Assembly (NCBI GenBank): GCA_018656555.1
Contig: JABHZQ010000023.1
Span: 2,875 to 66,874 of the forward strand
DNA: 64,000 nt
From: an archaeon
GTDB lineage: Archaea > Nanobdellota > Nanobdellia > SCGC-AAA011-G17 > GW2011-AR17
Direction of reading: 5' to 3'
Shown: piece by piece, positions 58,323 to 64,000 of the stretch
Layout: each line of letters opens with the position of its first letter
How positions within the stretch are numbered: the stretch's first letter is position 1
Notes under the pieces: generated by a model
Told to the model about the DNA's origin: nothing
The model's input: only the letters and a program-made list of their open reading frames with translations
Database searches by the model: none
Program-made: the position numbers and the translations under genes

Positions 58323-59092
58323 AAACAATTGTAATTACTGGAGCTTCAGAAGGTATTGGTAGAAAGTTAGCATTTAGATTAGCTAGTAAGAATGTTAATC
58401 TAGTCTTAGGATCTAGAAGCCTAGATAAATTAGAATCAATTTGTGAAAAATTAAAACATAGATGTAATAGTTGTTTAGCTTTAAAGTTAGATCTCGCTGA
58501 GGATAAAACGATTATTAACTTTTTTAAAACTGTTAAAAAGAAATATAAAACTGTAGATGTTTTAGTAAACAATGCAGGAATAGGATATTATTCTCAAGTT
58601 AAAGATTTAGATATGAAAAAAAGTAGATATCTATTTGAAGTCAATTTCTTTGGATTAGTCCTTTGTACAAGAGAATGTTTAAAATTAATGAAAAAAGACT
58701 CTAAAATTCTTAATGTTACTTCAGAAGTTTCTTATAGGGGAATGCCCGTAATGTCTATCTACTGTGCTTCAAAAGCAGCAGTGAAATCTTTTTCAGAAAG
58801 TTTAAGAGTTGAAGTCAAAGATAGAGGCATAGAGGTTTTAATTATCTATCCAGGATATATAAGTACAGATTTCCATAAGACTACTAACGAAATATCAAAT
58901 TTAAAAAGACCAATATACAAAGGTAGAAGTCCTGAAGATCTTGCTATTTACATGGAAAGAATGATTAAACATAATAAAAAAGAAGGATTACCTTTCTTTG
59001 AAGGTAAGGTTTTAAGACTATTAGCTGCTCTTGCTCCTTGGGCTCTAGATTACATATTTCATAAAAAACACAAAAAAGAACTTAATTCTTAA
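58319..59092 (+). CDS. Short-chain dehydrogenase/reductase (SDR)
   Basis: TGASEGIGRKLA (TGxxxGIG) motif, NNAG, and a YCASK catalytic Y…K. The ATGA-type overlap with the radical SAM suggests an operon. Confidence 0.75.
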   Translation: MKTIVITGASEGIGRKLAFRLASKNVNLVLGSRSLDKLESICEKLKHRCNSCLALKLDLAEDKTIINFFKTVKKKYKTVDVLVNNAGIGYYSQVKDLDMKKSRYLFEVNFFGLVLCTRECLKLMKKDSKILNVTSEVSYRGMPVMSIYCASKAAVKSFSESLRVEVKDRGIEVLIIYPGYISTDFHKTTNEISNLKRPIYKGRSPEDLAIYMERMIKHNKKEGLPFFEGKVLRLLAALAPWALDYIFHKKHKKELNS

Positions 59093-59957
59093 TTTTCTCT
59101 GTAATGAAACTCAAATAAAACAAGAACAAATACAAAAATAAGAATATTGCAACTAAAGGAAATCTTATTGTTTTTAGACCATGAACAAGTACATTCTTAC
59201 TAGACCACAATCTAGTCTTAATAAAACTCCCTGCAGGACTTGAATTCTTCTTCTTAAAATAATAAGCTCCTTTCCCTCTAATCCACACCCACTTCAAAAA
59301 AGACTTAAAACTATCTCTTGCAGGATGATAGATAAACACATTTTTATTATAAATTATTTTATAATCATTATTTATTATATTCAATCCCATTATTGTATCT
59401 TCACCAAACTGAACAGGCATGCTTGTGTCAAACAATCCAACCTTATCTAAAACCTTCTTAGGAATTACACAATTACAAGTTACTAACTGTCTTGTCTCAC
59501 CATTAGCCTTTACTGGCCAAATCTTTTCAAACCCAATTGAAGCACCAGCAGGGAATCCCAAATCAGATATAGACTCTCCTACTGCAGTAGAACTTAACAT
59601 ATGTGCTCTTCCTTGAAGAATCTTATTCTCATTATCTTTATGGCTATAGAAATCATCTATCAATTCCAACCAATTCTCAGGAACAATACAATCTGAATCT
59701 GTAAATATAATATATTCTCCCTCTGCTTTCCCTATTCCAATATTTCTAGCAGTTGCAGGTCCAGCATTCTTAGGGGCTCTTATTAGTCTTACTTTACCTC
59801 TTGCTATTTCTGCCAACTCTTTATACACTTCTAAAGGAGAATAATCATCTACAATTATTGCTTCATGTTCTACTTTCTGTTTCCCCAAACTATCAATAAG
59901 TTTTTTAGCCCTTTTTACATCATTGTAATGAGGGATAATAATGGTATATTTACTCAT
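59082..59957 (-). CDS. GT2 glycosyltransferase
   Basis: YTIIIPHYND…AIIVDDYSP…DSD. Confidence 0.7.
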   Translation of the reverse strand: MSKYTIIIPHYNDVKRAKKLIDSLGKQKVEHEAIIVDDYSPLEVYKELAEIARGKVRLIRAPKNAGPATARNIGIGKAEGEYIIFTDSDCIVPENWLELIDDFYSHKDNENKILQGRAHMLSSTAVGESISDLGFPAGASIGFEKIWPVKANGETRQLVTCNCVIPKKVLDKVGLFDTSMPVQFGEDTIMGLNIINNDYKIIYNKNVFIYHPARDSFKSFLKWVWIRGKGAYYFKKKNSSPAGSFIKTRLWSSKNVLVHGLKTIRFPLVAIFLFLYLFLFYLSFITEKIKN

Positions 59958-59989
59958 ATTTCTAGGATTTTTTCCTTGTTTTTTAAAGA

Positions 59990-61132
59990 TTGTGTTATAG
60001 TACTATAGAAAGCTATATTAATAAAATTGGATTTTTACAGGGCATGAGAAGGCATATATCCAAGAGGATTGTAATACATGTAGGCTTTAGCTGTAATGAA
60101 AGATGTGTATTCTGTTATTATAGAGATTCTCTAGCAAGAGGAGATGTAAAAGACCTTACTCTAGAACAAATAAAAAAGAGATTAAGAATTGGAAGGAAAT
60201 TTGGTAAAAATGAAGTAGATCTTAGTGGTGGAGAACCTACAATAAGAAAAGATATTTTTGAAATAATTAGATATGCTAAAAAGATAGGCTACAAAACAGT
60301 ATCAATCATAACAAATGGTTTAATGCTAGCTAAAAAAGAATTCTGTGAAAAACTAGTAGATGCTGGTTTAAACGATATCCTCTTCTCATTACATGGTCCA
60401 GACAAAGAAATGCATGACTACCTAACCTCTGTTAAGGGAAGTTATGATAAACTAATGAAAGGAATGGATTATATGTCAGAATTAGGTATCAACCTAAGAA
60501 TAAACACAGTTATCAGTAACCTAAACTACAAACAATTAGACAAATACTTCCTACTTGTAAAGAAATTCAATCCTAATGCCATCAACTTACTCATATTCAA
60601 TCCAGCTGAAGAGGCGATTAACTATAAAACTGATGATGTTACCGTCGAGAATTATAGTTTAATAGGTGAAGAACTGGTTAAAGCCCTAGACAAACACAGT
60701 AAGAATTTTAATAAAATAAATATTAGATTTCTACCTTTCTGTTTAGTAAAAGGCCATGAAGATAAAATAAAAACAATGTGGCAAAAAATCTACGAAAGAG
60801 AAGAATGGGATCCCTTTCTATTCATGAGATTCAGAAAAAATGATTGGTATGCTTACAGTTTTCCTTTTGCTGGTTTTTTCATTGCCCTATTCAAATACAA
60901 ATACTACAAAGTTCCTTACACAGGAAAAAAGAGTTTCTACACTTATTTCTGTGAATTAATACAAAGTGCAAGGATCTACTACAACAAAAGACATGCACCA
61001 GGATGTAAAAACTGTTCTCTAAAAGAAATCTGTCCTGGACTACCTAAAGCTTATATTAAAAAATTCAAAAAAGCTGAAGTTTTCCCTTATGAAGGAAAGA
61101 AAATAACTGATCCTAGTCATTTCGATGAATAA
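59990..61132 (+). CDS. Radical SAM/SPASM-domain enzyme (paralog family member 6)
   Basis: CNERCVFCYY (Cx3Cx2C), SGGEPTIR, and C-terminal CPGL cysteines. Confidence 0.65.
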   Translation: MCYSTIESYINKIGFLQGMRRHISKRIVIHVGFSCNERCVFCYYRDSLARGDVKDLTLEQIKKRLRIGRKFGKNEVDLSGGEPTIRKDIFEIIRYAKKIGYKTVSIITNGLMLAKKEFCEKLVDAGLNDILFSLHGPDKEMHDYLTSVKGSYDKLMKGMDYMSELGINLRINTVISNLNYKQLDKYFLLVKKFNPNAINLLIFNPAEEAINYKTDDVTVENYSLIGEELVKALDKHSKNFNKINIRFLPFCLVKGHEDKIKTMWQKIYEREEWDPFLFMRFRKNDWYAYSFPFAGFFIALFKYKYYKVPYTGKKSFYTYFCELIQSARIYYNKRHAPGCKNCSLKEICPGLPKAYIKKFKKAEVFPYEGKKITDPSHFDE

Positions 61133-62012
61133 TTCCAAAGAATCCAGCAAACAATACTTCTGCAATAACATACCAAAGTCTTGAAACTAAAGAAAGTAAG
61201 ATTGCCATTGGTGCACCTACAAAAGGACTTAACAAAAGTACTAAAGCACCCTCTCTAACACCTACACCACCAGGTGCTACTATAGCCAAAACTCCAGCAA
61301 CAGTACTTATTCCAACAATTCCAGGTAAAACATAAATTATATCATAAGGCAAAGGAGTTATAGATCTAAACAAGAAATATATTGCCATAGCATCAATAAG
61401 CCATCTTCCCAAATGCATAACAAGTATTTCTAAAATATCCCTATAATGTAAGTCTAATTTTATTGGTTTTCTTTTAATAAGTTTCAATCCAAAATTTAAT
61501 ATTCTTTTAAACAAACTAGGTATTAATAACACCAAGATTACAGGTATTAAAGACATAGAAATAATTATCAACCACAAAGGTATATTATCAAAAAAGAATA
61601 TTGCAGGTATAAATAGTATAATTCCACTTACAACCAATAATGCAACTTCAAGTATAATACTAGTAATAATAATCTTTTTATCTACTCCTTCCTTACCACC
61701 TAAATAGATTCTTCCCACTAGAAGCATAACTTTCCCAGGTACATATCTTCCCAAAATAGAAGCAAAATAAACCTTATTAGCTTTGTAAAAAGGCAAAGGA
61801 GATTTCAACTTCTTCAAAATAACTCTCCAAACATTGGCCAACATTAAATAATCCAAAAACAATAATACAAAAGAGATTACAAGAAATACTGGATTAAATA
61901 CAATAGAACTCCAATCTATTTGATTATAATGTAATAGAAAATACCAAACCAAGAAGAAGATTATAACTGCTGCCAAAGACCACTTTAAAATATGTTCCAA
62001 ATACTTCTTCAT
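61113..62012 (-). CDS. Flippase-like / lysylphosphatidylglycerol-synthase-TM-domain (UPF0104) membrane protein
   Basis: Eight TM helices and a GG…GVREG C-terminal motif typical of this family. Weak. Confidence 0.4.
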   Translation of the reverse strand: MKKYLEHILKWSLAAVIIFFLVWYFLLHYNQIDWSSIVFNPVFLVISFVLLFLDYLMLANVWRVILKKLKSPLPFYKANKVYFASILGRYVPGKVMLLVGRIYLGGKEGVDKKIIITSIILEVALLVVSGIILFIPAIFFFDNIPLWLIIISMSLIPVILVLLIPSLFKRILNFGLKLIKRKPIKLDLHYRDILEILVMHLGRWLIDAMAIYFLFRSITPLPYDIIYVLPGIVGISTVAGVLAIVAPGGVGVREGALVLLLSPFVGAPMAILLSLVSRLWYVIAEVLFAGFFGIIHRND

Positions 62013-62044
62013 TTTAATTATATTCTTATTTGATTTTAAAAACT

Positions 62045-63562
62045 TTATGCTTTGTCTCTAAAAATTAAGATAATTGGCTGAGTTTGTTCTGCATCCAGGA
62101 AATAAGCTTGCACTAATTCCAAACTATCTTCATTCTCTACAATATAATCGGAATTACAAGCATAACTATAAAAATCAAAAACAATGTATTCTGCATCATA
62201 AATTTCTCTTGCCTCATCAAAACTTGATATATTTTGATAACTAAACCCTATAGCATCTCTTTCAGAATAATATAATAAAGGAACAGACTGCGAACAAGCC
62301 AATACAACATCCCCATATTCAGTATTTTCCTTCAGCCACTCACCAGCCTCTCGTTCATAATAAAAAGATTGACTCTTCTGTTCAATAGAATCATTAGCAT
62401 AAGCAACACCTGCTCCTGCACCCCAAATTAACAAAATAGCAATAACAACAATACCTGTCTCTTTGTTATATTTCTTTACAGAATTATACAAAACCATTGC
62501 CCCTAATCCTACTATTACACTTATTGCTGGAAATGCTGGAAACCCCAACCTAGGTTCATACATATACCCTTGTGTTGCAATTAAAGTCCCAACTATTAAC
62601 AATTGAGTTAAAGCCCACAATATGATAAAATAATCCTTCTTCAATTTACTCGACTTATCCTTCCAGATTAAATCAAATCCTAATGCTACCTTGAAAAAAT
62701 AACTTAAACCAATTATTGCCAATATCAAAAATCCCCACTTGAGTAAACTCGGCATCTGTGTAAAGAAAATAAACAAATCAGACATAACCTCACCAATAGG
62801 CCTCTGCCAATCAGGTACAAAATCATCAGTAGGTGTCACATCCTCTATCTGATGTCCTATCCTAGGATATATAGAATCATATACAACATAGTTCCTTATG
62901 AAAAATGGTGTTGCAGCTATTAAAATAATTGCAATAAATATCCAAAACTTCTTATTTTTCAAAAACTTAAGTTTCTCAGTAGTAAGTAAAAACAATGCAA
63001 TAAATGGAATTATAAATCCAACAGCCTCATAAATAAATATTCCAGAACCAATCAATACCCCAGAAACAATCAGATACTTCGTCTTCTTCTGTACATATCC
63101 TTTGTAAAAACATAAAGCAGCCCCAATCCAAAATACCAACCCTATCACACCCATAGAGATTCTTGCTGTCCAAAAAATATGCAACCAATAACTTGACATT
63201 ACTAAAGCAGCTATCAAACCTACTTGCTTACTATAAAACTCCTTACCAACCAAATAAGTTAAGTAAATCCCACCAACTGAAAATAAAATCTCAATAAACC
63301 TAATTATTGACTCTCCTCCACCCAACCAATATATTGGACCATACAAAACAGCAATCCCCCAAGCTCTCCAAGGTGGTGCTTGATTTGGAGTACCCAAAGC
63401 CCAACTCTTTGCTATAGATAAATAATCAGCCTCATCCCACCAAAGTGCTTGATTCTGATATTTTAAGAAAAAGAATAACCTAACAGCAAAAGCTAGTATC
63501 AAAATTCCAAGTAAATAGTATTTTCCATAAACATCAAAATGGCCCTTAGACTCCCCTTCCAT
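62045..63562 (-). CDS. GT-C superfamily membrane glycosyltransferase (ArnT/PMT-like)
   Basis: ALWWDEADY (DE motif) in the first loop, more than 10 TM helices, and a soluble C-terminal domain. Confidence 0.5.
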   Translation of the reverse strand: MEGESKGHFDVYGKYYLLGILILAFAVRLFFFLKYQNQALWWDEADYLSIAKSWALGTPNQAPPWRAWGIAVLYGPIYWLGGGESIIRFIEILFSVGGIYLTYLVGKEFYSKQVGLIAALVMSSYWLHIFWTARISMGVIGLVFWIGAALCFYKGYVQKKTKYLIVSGVLIGSGIFIYEAVGFIIPFIALFLLTTEKLKFLKNKKFWIFIAIILIAATPFFIRNYVVYDSIYPRIGHQIEDVTPTDDFVPDWQRPIGEVMSDLFIFFTQMPSLLKWGFLILAIIGLSYFFKVALGFDLIWKDKSSKLKKDYFIILWALTQLLIVGTLIATQGYMYEPRLGFPAFPAISVIVGLGAMVLYNSVKKYNKETGIVVIAILLIWGAGAGVAYANDSIEQKSQSFYYEREAGEWLKENTEYGDVVLACSQSVPLLYYSERDAIGFSYQNISSFDEAREIYDAEYIVFDFYSYACNSDYIVENEDSLELVQAYFLDAEQTQPIILIFRDKA

Positions 63563-63597
63563 ACCCCAAGAAATAGTTTATTTATTTAAAAAGATAA

Positions 63598-64000
63598 TCA
63601 TTTTGTACTCTCTACTCTCACCCAAACCTCTTCAAACTTCTTCTGTTTCAAATTAATGTCTTGATAAATCTTAAACCAAAGATATAATCTACACATATAC
63701 AACCACAAAGTCCAAATTACTTCTTTTGGAGTTCTTGGATAAGTCAAAGGCTTATACCATCCTTCTGCAATCTCTTTCCAAAAAGACCTCATTCTTTTTC
63801 TTTGAGGAAAATATTGTTTTAATTGGTTATATCCTCCAGCAGATCTCTTTTTCTGTATTATCCAATCCTTAAAGTTGGTAGGATATTTCACATAAACTTT
63901 TGCCTCTGGTGCATATCCAATCTTATATCCTTTCTCATGAATCATATGAGTCATAACAGCATCATCAGATAGAGCATCTTCAGGTAAACTATCTAATACA
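63598..64000 (-). CDS. GT2 glycosyltransferase, C-terminal part only; the ORF stays open to the window edge
   Basis: …LPEDALSDDAVMTHMIHEKGYKIGYAPEAKVYV…QKKRSAGG resembles the C-terminal catalytic region of processive GT2 enzymes (a Q..RW-like motif). No stop codon between 63955 and 64000 in frame. Confidence 0.5.
   Translation of the reverse strand, partial: VLDSLPEDALSDDAVMTHMIHEKGYKIGYAPEAKVYVKYPTNFKDWIIQKKRSAGGYNQLKQYFPQRKRMRSFWKEIAEGWYKPLTYPRTPKEVIWTLWLYMCRLYLWFKIYQDINLKQKKFEEVWVRVESTK

Noticed and set aside
1-64000. CRISPR arrays and rRNA genes
   Set aside because: I saw no regularly spaced repeat-spacer structure and no rRNA-like conserved stretches anywhere in the window.

Overview
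This is an AT-rich (roughly 30% GC) archaeal genomic segment. Three things argue for an archaeon: an MBF1-type zinc-ribbon plus HTH protein, an AglB/STT3 oligosaccharyltransferase carrying the WWDYG motif, and a long tRNA with an apparent intron. The content is also compatible with a small-genome, DPANN-like lineage, though I cannot confirm that without a database search.

The window has four parts.

(1) Positions 1–17,400 and 54,600–64,000 hold a cell-surface N-glycosylation (Agl-type) gene set. It contains AglB, an AglH-like GlcNAc-1-P transferase, a DegT-type sugar aminotransferase, six GT2-family glycosyltransferases (the last cut by the window edge), two GT-C family membrane glycosyltransferases, an SDR, methyltransferases and a flippase-like protein. 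Interleaved with these are six paralogous radical-SAM/SPASM enzymes, an unusual density. One of them sits in an aglB–rSAM–SDR operon.

(2) Positions 17,456–26,141 hold an ~8.7 kb integrated mobile element. It is bounded by a tRNA on one side and a 13-bp direct repeat of the tRNA 3' end on the other. Its genes include a tyrosine-recombinase-like integrase, a COG1373-type AAA+ ATPase, a TrmB regulator, a small RHH protein, a VirB2/TrbC-like pilin, and iteron-like repeats.

(3) Positions 26,180–32,500 hold a Trm112-like mini-protein, three tandem paralogous GT-A-like genes, a methyltransferase, and an S-layer-like protein with an (EEEA)n C-terminal tail.

(4) Positions 32,813–50,919 hold an ~18 kb single-strand array, which is the most striking part. 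It encodes four paralogous giant (1139–1326 aa) cysteine-rich secreted proteins interleaved with five small proteins bearing archaeal class-III (type-IV-pilin-like, KGQ-type) signal peptides. Immediately beside it are a FlaJ/TadC-like membrane protein and a FlaI/PilB-like protein whose Walker A, Asp box and Walker B motifs look degenerate.

This array is my main candidate for a previously undescribed surface-filament or adhesion system.
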